Below, piece after piece: positions 36,846-49,418 of a stretch of DNA of 64,000 nt. Within the stretch, counting starts at the first letter, position 1. Every line of letters starts with the position of its first letter. The stretch lies in the NCBI GenBank assembly GCA_032718475.1, contig JAUCBJ010005318.1:1-64000 (forward strand), written 5' to 3'. The position numbers and the translations under genes are program-made. The notes below the pieces were generated by a model, which did no database searches, was not told the DNA's origin, and worked only from the letters and a program-made list of their open reading frames with translations. The stretch comes from Nemertoderma westbladi. Taxonomy: Eukaryota; Animalia; Xenacoelomorpha.

Positions 36846-38445
36846 ATTTATTTGCGATAGAACTATTCCTGTGATTTATCAGGCCTAAAAAAAGCAAAAT
36901 GGGGTGTCGTTTCAGCCTATGGAAGTATTTCTGGGCTTCTAACTGGCTGTTCCTTCAATAAGCTCACCTCATTGGTTAACACTCTCCCATAGCCAAAAGG
37001 TGTGTCGGTTCAGCCCAATTGACAGAATAAGGGGTGTCGGTTGGGGAAAATCACTTTTATTACTTGTAAATTTTACACACTGTAGGCCTGCCTACTGCTT
37101 CCGTACTAAACAGGTAAATCACAATTATTTTGTCTAGAACTCTAATGTTTGTGTTATTTGTTAACACAACATTCATTGGGTTTAGTTAATTAACAAATAC
37201 TACTGCCATATGAAATTATAGAATTAATTCACAATAATAATGGCGCGAGCCACGTACAGTAGTAGGCGAAACTGTTTGCGTTATTTTCATTCTGGCCCCG
37301 GGTACCCCCCAAATCACAAACTTCTAAACAAAATAACGATAAAAAACACAAAATTCTAATTATTTGGTGTATGGGAGCCCAAAATTATTTAGAATCAGAT
37401 TGTGAAGAATTAGTTGATGCAACAGTTCGTCTATAAGGCATCAGTTAGCAGCGAATAAATTAACATTCAATCCAAACTATTCTTTTTTCACGATCTGCAT
37501 GACAAATCCTAAGTTTCCCCAACACCAATAATTACGGTGAATAGTATTTCGGGATCTAGCGCAACCCCCGGGAACTTACATCGGCGTCCATTCCCTGTTC
37601 AGGAACTGACGGCAACAGAAGCATTTGTAAACTGACAGTGTTGGGGGGGGGGGGGGGGGGGGGGGGGTTTGGAGGGTGTGGTCAATAAAGGGAAATTAAG
37701 TACTTGTCATTAGTTTTTGTCGCCTTAATAACTTACAAGTGTGATTTAAATCTTAAATGTCCACGCCGGGAGGGTTCATAATTCCTACTGTAGGATGGAG
37801 GAAGCAGCATTGTCTATCACTAGGGCGACGATGACGAATAATGTCGCTTAATAAGGAAACAAATATAGGACACTAAATAATATGCATCCCGGGGGTGTCC
37901 CAGGGAAATCCCCGGGATATCCAATGTAGTTTAATATAAAATTTGGGGATATTAGGGTTTATAGTAGCCATGGTCTTGCCCCACATAATGCAGTATTGGG
38001 GCTTGGTGATGGACTGACGGATGGTGACCAGTGACGAATTGTAGTTGCTAAACTACCTACGTATACAACAGTTTAGTGACTACGGAGATACCGTGCTGCA
38101 CTGCAGCACTGTGCACTGTGCCGCGACAATCACAGAATCAGAGTGTGAACGGACTGGTTACCGGTTCTGGGTTGCTAAGCAATCAGCTCAGCTACTACAG
38201 TACTACTGAGGTAACGCGAGATAGGTACCAGGGTACCGGTACTGTAGCTGTCTGGCTGTAGGTGTTTTGGTCGTTAGGTCCTGTGTCGTTAGGTCATTGG
38301 TCAAAGCAGGAATATGGAATATTAGTTCCTGCTTTGCCTTTAATTCAGTACGGCTGACTGCAGTAGTTGGTACTGGTAGTTTTATTTATATTTATACAGA
38401 TGATTTTCACCTGATCTGTGTTGCTGTGTTATTATATTATTTTAG

Positions 38446-41400
38446 CAGTGCCGGATTAAGCCTCTGGTGGCCCTCTAAGGCACATTTTAGTAATTTCCAA
38501 AAATGGCCCGCAAATTTAATATTTTTCCGCAAACCCTTTCAAAAGAAAAAGCTGCTAAAGACAACTGAAATTGTCAAAATGTTGCGAAGGAAATATAAAG
38601 TATTTTCGTTAGATGACTCGTTGCCAATAAGTACCAATTACTTTATTGCCAATAAGTACCAATTACTTTAATAATAAGTACTTTGCAAAAATAGTTTTCA
38701 TCAAGAATAGTAACATTACGAAACGGCCTATCATGCCTATAAAACCTTTGCTATAAAAAGTGTAATGGTTTTGGTAGAATTTCTCAAGCTTTAATTTTTA
38801 ATATATTCATGGGATCATTACTGCATTACCCCGAATCTATTTGTTTTATTTATAAAGGTACTATTATGAAACTTTAACACAATGATCTGTGATCTTTTAT
38901 ATACTATGAAAATTGAGTATAGATAGCTTCATAAACCGTTTGTTCGAAAAATATGGCACTTTTTGAGCAGGTCGGTTTTTTTTCAAAAGTTATATAAATT
39001 TTAAGGCATTTATATCTGCTTTTATCTGCTTACTGGGCGGAAAAGCCAACCAACCACCAAGGTTAAGGCTGAATCACCAGCCGATCGCCTCAATGGTTGG
39101 AAAGCCCACTTTGAAAAGCTCCTCAATAATGACAGGGTATTGCCTGATAACTTTATAGAAGTAAAGGTGTCTGAGTCTGTACTCCCAGATATTCCCATTG
39201 GCGATATCTCCTTTGCAGAAGTGAAGGCTGCTGCAAAGAGCATTAAGACCAATCGTGCCAGTGGAGTAGATGGTGTTCCCCCTGAGGTCTTTAAAATACC
39301 TGAGTGTTTAAAGCTCATCTATCCCATCATAGTAGACATGTACCGTACAACAAGAGTCCCACAAGAAATGAAAACAAATAAGTTGGTGCCAGTTCCCAAG
39401 AAGGGCAACCTAACACTCTATGGTTCTTTTCGGGGAATCTCATTGATCTCGATTGCTGCAAAGCTACACAATAGGATTCTATTAAATCGCATCAGGGATC
39501 CCATTGAGAGACTGCTCCGTGGAAATCAGAATGGGTTCCGTAAAGGTCGTGGGACCATGGAGCCCATTTTGGCACTTAGAAGGATAATTGAAGAATTATC
39601 AAAAAAGAAAGACAGGCATCTGGCTGTTATCTTTGTTGACTTCTTCAAGGCCTTTGATTCAGTCTCTCGATCACGTATGTTCAGCATACTTTCATTATAT
39701 GGGATTCCTGATGAAATTATTGCAGCAATCAGATCAGTATACGATGGTTCGACAACATTTGTGTCTACTGTTGACGGTGACACAGAACCATTTGAAGTGT
39801 TATGGGGCGTCCTCCAAGGAGACACACTTGCACCATTCTTGTTCATTATTGTGGTTGACTATGTTCTACGCATGTCCTTAGATCATCATAATGATGATGG
39901 GGTGATGATAACTCCACCTACTGGCTCCAGAAGTCGAGGAAATCCTGCCAAGTACCTAACTGATCTAGACTTCGCTGATGACTTAGGAGTACTCTCAGAA
40001 TCATTAGAGGGAGCCCAACGGCTCCTCAGCTCATTAGAACATGCTGCTTCTAGTGTTGGTCTTTTTATTAACTCCAGAAAGACCAAAATTCTGACAGTTA
40101 ACTTTGAAAGTCCTCAGCAAGTCTCTGATCGGATGAGCATAAGCTCAAAGGATGGTATGCTTGAGCATGTGGACGACTTCTGTTACCTGGGATCATGGAT
40201 CCGGAAGTCAGGTGAGGACCTTCGAATACGTAAGGGAAAGGCATGGGCAGCCTTGAATAGGCTTTCCAGGATTTGGAAGTCACCGAGAATTAATCGGAAA
40301 CTTAAGGTCCGATTATTTAGAGCAGCAGTAGTTCCAGTACTCCTCTATGGGAGTCCATGCTGGGCTCTAACTGCTGAGGACACCAAATCTCTGGATGGCA
40401 CATTCACAAGAATGCTACGCCGGGTTCATTGTGTCAAGTACAATGCACACATCTCCAACCAGACACTATATAACATTGGAGGTGTCTCATTGGTTCCCCC
40501 AAGCTTGACACTAGAACAAAATCGCCTCCGCTTTGCAGGACATTGCTTTCGCCGTGAGGACCAGCCAGTGCATAATCTTGTACTTTGGCAGCCTCATGGA
40601 GTGAATAAGCATGGTGGACAGCCCATGACTTTCTTGAGACGCATCTTAAAGGACACTGGCCTTAAAGATGCGGATGATCTAGCAAATGTCATGGGTGATA
40701 GGGAGTTGTGGCGGTGCAATTTTGTTGACAAGCCGGCACAGCATTCTTAAAAATGCAGCTGCAATGCAGCATGCCGATCCTAGTAGTATGTAAATTAGCT
40801 CATCTTTGAGGATCTTTAATACCACCTGCATTAAATTTCTTGGTCCAAGACTTTGTTAAATGGACCTAGATATGTATGCTATCTTCTATGAAAACTTTAA
40901 AACAATTTCATTAGCACAAAATTATTGTTTTTGAAAAATTTATGGGGGTTTTAGTATGTCCGGGCTATATTTTGGGATTCAAATATTTTGGATAGACAAA
41001 GTGTAGCAGTTACAAAATCGGTTCTAGAAGATCCCAACGATAGTATTCCTAAAGCTGCTGAACATTTTGGTATATGTGTTTGATGGCAATTGAGTAAAAA
41101 ATAAAATAGTAGGGAATTTAGTGATGATAAAAGTCAAAATCGACAAACTGATAAAAAGGTTGTTTTATACAGAGAGTCATAAATATCAGCAATATATTAT
41201 GTTGTTGAAAAGAGCAGTTTTGAGGTCAAAAAATAATTCAATGGTGAAAACCGATATCACCTCATGAAAGCCCTTCTATTAAACAACAAAAAATTGTGTA
41301 AATTTTCGAAAATTTCATTTCTGTAGGGGTTATATAGTTGGCCCCTTTAAGGCTGACTGGCCCCTTTAGGCATTTAACAATTTTGATCGGATCGCGGGAA

Positions 41401-42293
41401 TGTGTTATTTATTTGCTGTAGGTTTCGCAGGATACAGGGATAGGCCTAATTATCTTTACAGGACTTGCTGTGAAATATAGCATAGCACACCAAAAGTGTG
41501 GGCTTAGTGCAAAGATCTAATATTTCTGATCTAGATTTGGACTTGCTGAGAAAGTACAGTAATGTTCTTCGATAAGAGAACAGACTTGGAAAAAGTACTT
41601 TTTGTCACTAATTTTAATTTACCCAAATTCAATTACAGTATGCTGTCCGAGACTTTTAGGTTTTGCAGGAATTGCACCTAAAATGCCATCGAATGCAAAA
41701 TTCAATACACGAGGGCAGAACATCTGAATTTCGGTTAAATGAAATTACAGTAGTGACAATAAGTTATTTCTGACACGTTTTTTTTTATCAACAACTATTT
41801 TATCTACAACTAATTTATCCTTTTTTTTATCTATTAGGGCCTACATGTATTTATAAAACTCGTTTCCGGTAAAAAAAATTTCGCACGACCATATCTCCAC
41901 GCCATACATTTACTATGTACAGTATTCCAGTATGTCACCACGTCATTATTTGGTTGTTCTAGAAAGTTTAAGAGCATAACTACAATTAATTCCCAACAAA
42001 TAAATAAAATTAAATTCACCATTGTTCATAATTAGCACTTTAAAGTTTTACTGCCCATGTTTTATTATTTCCCTGCCATCAGGTCTCGAACTAATAACAC
42101 AGCACCTGTCCGTTAATTGTCTGAGCTAGAATTTTCTATCACAAATTTCTACAAATTTTAGTGAGAAAAAATGTGGACTTTTCAGATAAAAATATTTTTT
42201 TTCACAGGAATGACTCGCTGAGAAAAAATGGCCCGTATTTTCGGCTAGCCCTAAGGCACGTGCCTTATATGCTTTAAGGTTAATCCGGCACTG
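38446..42293. mobile_element. Non-autonomous hAT element containing a nested RTE-type LINE
   Basis: TIR CAGTGCCGGATTAA / TTAATCCGGCACTG with an 8-bp TSD TATTTTAG (38438-38445, 42294-42301). Confidence 0.9.
39022..40790 (+). mobile_element. 5'-truncated RTE-clade-like LINE with an intact RT reading frame (39140-40750, open from about 39025)
   Basis: Motifs ASGVDGVP, PVPKKG, FRGISL, QNGFRKGR, FVDFFKAFDSV, GVLQGDTLAPFLF, LDFADD, FCYLGS, LRFAGH. No endonuclease domain; short TAG-repeat tail. Confidence 0.92.
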
Positions 42294-42654
42294 TATTTTA
42301 GTTTATCTCTGTATGCATTATATTATATATTATCTGATTAGGCCCCTATACAGCTATAGTTGTTGCAGCTGGCACTGCAAGATAGTGAACGTCATTATAA
42401 TTACACAGAAAATTACCGGTATATAATTTACTTTTTTACTTTTAAAATAGATTTAGGGGTATTGCTAAACAGTAAAAAACACCGGCCTGCCGGCACCGGT
42501 AACGCCATTTACAATGTGACACCGCCTGATCGGCAACGGCTGAACGGCACCGATCGAACCCTAAATATTTTATTATTATCTGTATTATATCAGTATATTG
42601 CCAGTTCCAAAACTTACTATGAACTGAGTGGGGCTTCACTATCAGACTACCGGT

Positions 42655-44260
42655 ATGCTTTCCATACAAATACTATTTATATTAACTTGCTTGATTGTTG
42701 TAACTTGTTTGTTTATATGGCGGTTCTATAACTACTTCGACATATTTAGTGATTCAATCTCACATACAGATTATTTCGGACCAATTCACTTGCCGCCTTC
42801 TCGACCACAGGAAACAATTCTATTGTCTCCAAACATTTGTAGCAAAGAAACTTCGACAAACAGTTCATATGAATCGCTACTTTTGATTTATAAATGTAAT
42901 ATGGATGACGTGGAACAAAGATCGGCGATTCGTCGGCTTATGAGAACGCCATCTTACGGACTGGAGGGACATCCAGTTAAATATATATTTATTATGGGAA
43001 ATAAAAACTTGTCTGATGTCGCGGAAAATGAATCATTGTTGTTGGAATCGACGAATTACGACGACATTCTCCACGGGGATTTTCTCGATTCCTACAGGAA
43101 TTTATCGACGAAACTTTTGTTCGGTTGGCGTTGGTTTTCTGACTTGGATTGTCGTCTTTTCTTCCGATACATAATGAGTATCGATATAGACGTATTTCTT
43201 AATCTCAGGTATTTATGGGGCCATTAGTGACCTGGTTAGGTTGAATATCGGTAGAGTACCGGTATCAACAATTATATCTACATCTACAACTCGGCAAGTT
43301 GCAGGTATTGTAAGGGTATGCGTTTCTACTTCGCCCAGATAGGAGGGGAAACTGCCAAATTTATTAATTAAAGGAAAGGATCAGATTACAGTGGCAAATG
43401 GCAATATATTTTTAACTAAAACAATAAACTATAAAGTCAATAGAACAGGTTACAGTTTTATTTTTGGGAGTAATCGGCGGTTATTTGATTAGATTTTAAT
43501 TTCGTGTAAAGTCCCCCCCTTTGAATCCGTTTGTATTTTTTGCACTAAATTGCGCCATGAAGCATTTTTTATTACACCTGAAGGGTTTGTATTAGTTACA
43601 AGTAAAATATTAGGCCAGGATTACTTCCAAGGAAGGTAAATTAATATTTGGCCGCAGTGATGGAGATTTCGCACATATTTTTACAGGAATTTACTTGAGT
43701 TGTTGGATAAAAACAAACGGGATCCGTTGTATTTGGGTTCAATCCATTGGGGTCCCGGTGTCAACAGGAATCCCTCCTCCAGATGGTTCCTCAGTCGCTC
43801 CGAGTACCCGCCAGAGTTCTACCCCGCGTACGCCGCCGGTCTCGGCTACGTTCTCTCCGCCTCGGTCGTTCCGCTCCTATACTCCCATTCGTTCCGCGTT
43901 CCCTCCCTCTATATAGACGACGCGTTCGTAGGTTTGCTAGCGGAGCGGGCGGGCATCACCCCGGTCGACGACGGACGTTTCGTTGCCGATTATCCCGCCC
44001 CTCCCGAATACTCGTACTGCCGTTACCGCGATTTAATCGTAGTTCACGGGTTCGACGCCCACACAAAGTCTCTGATAATGAAAGATATTTGGGATCGACG
44101 GGGAACTACCGATTGTAACCAATTACAAACCATCGCCTATATAGCGATGGTTGTTCTTATATCAATCTTATTAATTTCCTGTAGTTTTTCTACTTACTAC
44201 TATTACTTCTCCTGTAAACCAACTCTCATTAATTGTTGTTTTCTATCGAAACGTATTTAG
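42655..44260 (+). CDS. GT31 beta-1,3-galactosyltransferase/B3GNT-like protein, copy 1; exons 42655-43208 and 43687-44260 (375 aa)
   Basis: N-terminal signal anchor, RSAIR, ES..Y.DIL..DF.DSY.NL..K, DxD motif (SIDIDVF), YP.Y..G.GYV.S and IDDAFVG. The GT-AG intron 43209-43686 keeps the frame (AG|G). Confidence 0.9.
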
Positions 44261-44867
44261 TACTTATTTATTGAGTTTTCCTAATTAATACGTATTTTGT
44301 TGCCCTTCTGTGCAGTACCAGCGAGTTGGGGGTCTACCTTGAGCTGCTGTCTAACCAACTGACTAACTAACTAATTAACTAACTTATCTGACTAACTTAA
44401 CTAACTTATCTAACTAATTAAATTAACTAACTAACTTATTTAACTAATTAACTAACTTAACTTAATGGGTGGTTTGAATAAAAACAAGTAAACACTTACA
44501 AGTGAACACTTACAAGTGAACACTTCTATGAAAAGTGAAGTAGGGAAGTGAAGAGTGAAGTGATGAGTGAACTCTTAAATTTCGCTTGAATAAAGGAACA
44601 CTTCACTTTCACTTATACTTCACTCTTCACTTCATCCAATCATCGCGAATTATAATTGTATTGCTTCGTTAATTGGCTGGATTAGAACGGCAATTGTTGT
44701 TGCTAGGAAATATTCACAACATTTCGAAAACTTGTTAATTAAAGATTCTAGAACAATATCTCATATTCTTTATATTTATTAAAAGTACTTAAAGTACGTA
44801 TATTGATACAGTCGTTTGACTTTGCAGCTTTCAGGCTTTGTACCGGTTCGTAAGCCCTACTCAAACG

Positions 44868-46582
44868 ATGTCTGAGGCAAGTGATATGTGCCAATTAGTC
44901 GAATTTTTAAAAAAATACCACGTATGTCTTGATAAATCTCAGACGCCGGCGACAAATTTAAAAAAGAAGCGAGCCCTCAAAGAAATCACAAGAGAGTATG
45001 GAGCCCGTGGTGTGTTCATAACGGAAGAGCAAGTAAGAAAGAAGGTTGAAAATCTTAAGAATAGGGTTAAGGTAAAGTTAGATAAAAGCACCACTCTTCT
45101 GCTGCCTTACGAAAAGGAATTTCTGGCAATAATGGGTGGGGACAAAAACCCAAGCTTGGGGAAAATACCAGGTGAGAAAAAGGGCCTAATTAGGCATTAC
45201 TGTGTTATGGGTACCCCTTTTTGACAATTTTTTTATATGAAAATGGCTTTTATCATGAGGTTTTTTGTTCTACAACAAATATTTAACCGTCTGACAGTAA
45301 GATGGTGGCTAGTAAATTTGATTATGTGTTAGCGATTAGTATTTATTAGCTAGTAAAAAAATTTAAAATATAATTTAATTCTCAATTATATATTTACCTG
45401 GAATAATTTATGAGTCTCATGGAAGCTAGTAATTTTTATTTGATAGTCAAAGTAGCTAGTAATTTATTCACTAGCTAGATTTTAATACATATATGATGTG
45501 AAAATACAGGTTTTACTATTCAGAAATGTAAATTATATACATTTATATTAGTGATTTTGAGAATATATTGATGATTTGGAAATTGTGCTAAATAAAAGGG
45601 GCACTACAAATTTTCTCTTGTAATTTTAAGATCACTAGCTACCTAAAATACACTAGCTACCATACTAAAAAAATATTAGCTAACCTCTCTCATAAAGTGA
45701 AATTTATGTTCTAGAACAAAAAACATCATGATAATAGCCATTAACATGGTCAAATAAATGGTCAAAAGGCGGGTACCCATAACATAGTAATGACTCTAAT
45801 TAATACTTTTAGGTATTGTGATATTAATAGATCAGATAATGGAAATACTTTACAGAATTTTATGTTATTTAAGAATGTTATTTAAGGTTTTTGTTATAAG
45901 CTATTATTATTGCAATGGTAGCTAGTGTTTTTTTAAAAACATTTATTTCGCAAATTTCGTTATTAATTTTATAATTCAGTTTTTCTCCTGGTCTTTTAGG
46001 TGCCACCACCACATTTCCGTCTTCCGCGGTAGTAATCCCACCTACTAGCCCTATTGCAACCACAACCCTTGAAACCGTCTCTGGGGCTGCAATTTCCATT
46101 TCTAGTTCTGGGTCACAGAATCCAACTACGTGTTTAAATTCGGACGGTAATTCCGGGGCTTCTGGATATCTAATATCCGGGGCTCAGCGAGGCGGAGCAT
46201 CGCTGGGTTCCGGAAGAAAAAGAGATGGTTAGTAAATTATTTTATTTCCTCAATTCCTATCAATTCCAATTCCTATCTGTTGACCGGAACTGAGACAGGC
46301 CGGGGGGGGGGGGGGGGGGTGGTACATTGGCACCTTATATAACATCCGGCTAATGTAGTTAATTTTTTCAAACTTTTTAGTTCTGAACTTGTATGAAACG
46401 GAGGAGACAGGAAGTTATCAACATCGGAACTCCATCGGGTCGTTCTCCTCGAACAACTGGCCTATCTCCGTGAAAAAAGAGCTGCTCTGCAGGGGCGATG
46501 CGAAATCGAAAAAACAATCGCTGGGATTGCAGATGCTACTGCAGGGGCTGCTTTGGAGTTCCATAATATCAACGATGACTAA
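44868..46582 (+). pseudogene. Harbinger Myb/SANT(MADF)-like DNA-binding protein; exons 44868-45171, 46000-46227, 46381-46582
   Basis: Exon 1 reads ..KKKRALKEITREY..EEQVRKKVENLKNRVK.. and both GT-AG introns are phase 1. Exon 3 (YETEET / LSTSELHRVVLLEQL) needs a frameshift near 46408. Confidence 0.7.
45187..45802. mobile_element. MITE inserted in intron 1 of the Harbinger Myb gene
   Basis: Imperfect TIR TAATTAGGCATTACTGTGTTATGGGTACCC..TTTTGAC / GTCAAAA..GGGTACCCATAACATAGTAATGACTCTAATTA. Related sequence lies at about 49420-49990 and 56575-57150. Confidence 0.7.
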
Positions 46583-47012
46583 TTTACTTTACGATTAATT
46601 TATTATATTATTTATTTATAATATTAATTATAATTAATATATTTATCAATAATTTATTTACCATTAACTTATTTATTGTTAAAATAATTGATTTGAATAG
46701 GTCCTTCTTGGTGAATACTTACTGTTTTGAGTGGTGTTAAGTTTTTTATTTCTTTACTTTTGTGGTCATATATGTGGGTATGTTTAGCTTCAATGTTTAG
46801 GAATTTAAGTTTTATTATTTTATTATATTTTTTTTGTTATATTTTTTTTGTCATTTATTATTGTTTTATTATTATTGTATAACTTTATCACAATAATTGA
46901 GGGATATTAAATATTTTATGATGGTTTAATCCAATGTTTATTACTGTAATAAATAATATAATAAATCTTAAGTATCAAACCAATATTTGAAAAAGTAATA
47001 TCTTCAATTCAT

Positions 47013-47465
47013 TTACAGCTGTTCGATTTGCTGCCCGATAATCGCAGCTAACTCATTCCTCTTATGTTGGCCAGCAGCCCGACAAGCTGTATCGCTCAAC
47101 TGTTCGGCGGGTTCTCCTGGTATTTCCTCCAAATCGTCCTCTTCACGAACACCAGGTACCGAATCCGCCGTAATTGGCGACTCGAAAGGGGTCATTAAAT
47201 ATGGCGCAATAGCATATCCACTATCAGCCAATAAGACACAATTCGTATTGGATAGGATTGAAGGGATTCCTAAATATCCGAGAATCATGCACAGACCCGG
47301 GCCACTCCGCGACAACACTTGTAGATTCTAAAAAACAGTTACAAGTAGCTTGAACGTTTACTGAAAATAATTTTTTTCGATTGATAGAGTTTCAGGTTCA
47401 GCCAATTCGAGCGTCCTATTCGTAGACCACTCGTCCCTGCCATACGTCCTACTGACCACGTTCAT
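47013..47465 (-). pseudogene. Internally deleted, frameshifted Harbinger (HARBI1-type) DDE transposase
   Basis: INRKKLFSVNVQATC..VVAEWPGSVHDSRIFRN in one frame and LLADSGYAIAPYLMTPF in another. Confidence 0.88.
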
Positions 47466-48226
47466 AAAATTTCAACCCAATTCCCCAACCGTGACATGAG
47501 TTAAGTGGAAAACGTACACCCCACGGATTTCAAATTTATATGCGAATTTTGCTTCAAAAGTAACCTTTTGATCTTACTTGTGTATTATGAAGTGTTCACT
47601 TCAAACAGAAGTAAACACTTGCGTTTTATTCAAATCAACCAGAAAACACTTCCCTCTACACTTCACTCTACACTTCCCTCTACACTTCACTTCCCTCTAC
47701 ACTTCACTCTTTACTTCACTCTATTTTTATTCAAGCACAATAAGTATCTTTGAAGTGTTTGCGAGTGTTTACTTGAAGTGAAAGTGTTTACTTGTTTTTA
47801 TTCAAATCACCCAATAACACGGACCAACTTGTTTCTGAAACTTGTTGCTGAAAATTTAAATAAAATGCTACGAAATTTGGTACGATGATAGATCGACACC
47901 TTTTCTTACTGGTGGCCTGGCTCGATTTTTTAATTTATGAGCTATTTCGATACAACAAACCGTTAAAAATCGTCTATTTCGCAATATTTAGCCACCTCCG
48001 TCAGCTTTATTTTTCGTCTTTGGAATGAAATCTAGATATCATTAGAACCGCCTTCATCTGTAGATTCCGAATATGAAACCCGTTGTAAATTTCAGATTTC
48101 ATAGATAATGATAAAAATCCTCAGGTGTCAATTTTTATGACGTAAATCGCTATAATTCTAAAGTTTTTTTTACTCAATTCTAGAATATTAATTATGGGTA
48201 ATGAAAAAACAAGATCGAGAGTTATA

Positions 48227-48608
48227 GGGTGGTTTGAATAGAAACAAGTAAACACTTTCACTTCAAGTAAACACTCGCAAACACTTCAAAGATACTTATT
48301 GTGCTTGAATAAAAATAGAGTGAAGTAAACAGTGAAGTATAGAGTGAAGTAAAGAGTGAAGTGTAGAGTGAAGTGAAGTGTAGAGTGAAGTGTTTTCTGG
48401 TTGATTTGAATAAAACGCAAGTGTTTACTTCTGTTTGAAGTGAACACTTCATAATACACAAGTAAGATCAAAAGGTTTCACTTTTGAAGCAAAATTCGCA
48501 TATAAATTTGAAATCCGTGGGGTGTACGTTTTCCACTTAACTCATGTCACGGTTGGGGAATTGGGTTGAAATTTTATGAACGTGGTCAGTAGGACGCATG
48601 GCAGGGAC
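48227..48608. mobile_element. Extra Harbinger right-end fragment in inverted orientation
   Basis: Reverse complement of about 47433-47812; it recurs at 55389-55782 in duplication copy 2. Confidence 0.85.
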
Positions 48609-48685
48609 TCTATCACACTACAGGCGCCACTTTTCATATGGAAAGCATACAGCGTTATTTTAGTTGGCTGTCTTGGGGTTTCTTA

Positions 48686-49007
48686 AATTAAAGCAGTAAT
48701 TTAACCTTAACCCTAAGTCATGAGGCTCTAATCCAAAAAAAATCGTGAAATTTCGGACTTTTCAGTTTATTTATTATTTTCAGTTTATTTATTAATATCC
48801 ATTTCCGGTCTCCATTAATGCAAAAATTGATTTAATAAAAGTTGACAGTAATTCATAATACGGAAATAGCTGTCACTAGCAATGCTAGTGCCGCAAGGAG
48901 GTGATGGGTAAGCTAAGACCAGAAGTGGAGGGGGAAATAATTTTTGCAAACATTTATTAGATTAGAGCCTCATGACTTAGGGTTAGGATTAAATTACTGC
49001 TTTAATT
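48686..49007. mobile_element. MITE with about 48-bp TIRs (second copy at 55860-56163)
   Basis: AATTAAAGCAGTAATTTAACCTTAACCCTAAGTCATGAGGCTCTAATC and its near-perfect reverse complement. Confidence 0.8.
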
Positions 49008-49213
49008 ATGGTTTGGGCCGGCACTATTGTAACCTTGCGAGGCCCACGACATCCGTTAAAACGTGGCACCTCTAGTGTGATATCCCCATTGTTATCTACT
49101 GTACAAGGTTGCACCGTCACAACTCCCTATCCCCATGACTATCGCGAGATTATCCGTAACTTCAAGGCCAGTGTTAAGAGGTTAGTCAGTTAAGAGGCGA
49201 CTAAGATTGTCAG

Positions 49214-49418
49214 GCTGGTCCTCACGGCCAAAGCAATGTCCTGCAAAGCGGAGGCGATTTTGTTCTAGTGTCAAGCTTGGGGGAACCATTGAGACACCTC
49301 CAATGTTATATAGTGTCTGGTTGGGGATGTGTGCATTGTACTTGACACAATGAACCCGGCGTAGCATTCTTGTGAATGTGCCATCCAGAGATTTGGTGTC
49401 CTCAGCAGTTAGAGCCCT
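49214..49418 (-). mobile_element. Internal fragment of the same RTE-like LINE family (second copy at about 56370-56572)
   Basis: ALTAEDTKSLDGTFTRMLRRVHCVKYNAHI..RLRFAGHCF is nearly identical to 40362-40564. Confidence 0.9.

Larger units (their letters stand above)
44467..47812. mobile_element. PIF/Harbinger-superfamily transposon, defective
   Basis: TIR GGGTGRTTTGAATAAAAACAAGTAAACAC at both ends, 3-bp TSD AAT, and convergent Myb/SANT-like and DDE nuclease genes. Confidence 0.9.

Noticed and set aside
33864-37667. Long G/C homopolymer tracts (also near 1449, 46303, 50320, 57485, 60299) as functional G-quadruplex signals
   Set aside because: They mostly lie in transposon remnants or introns, homopolymer lengths are unreliable, and there is no positional pattern.
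42360-42731. 123-aa ORF upstream of and overlapping the GT31 start (also 52276-52647)
   Set aside because: It has a non-ATG start, no domain, and lies in likely 5' UTR or intron sequence.
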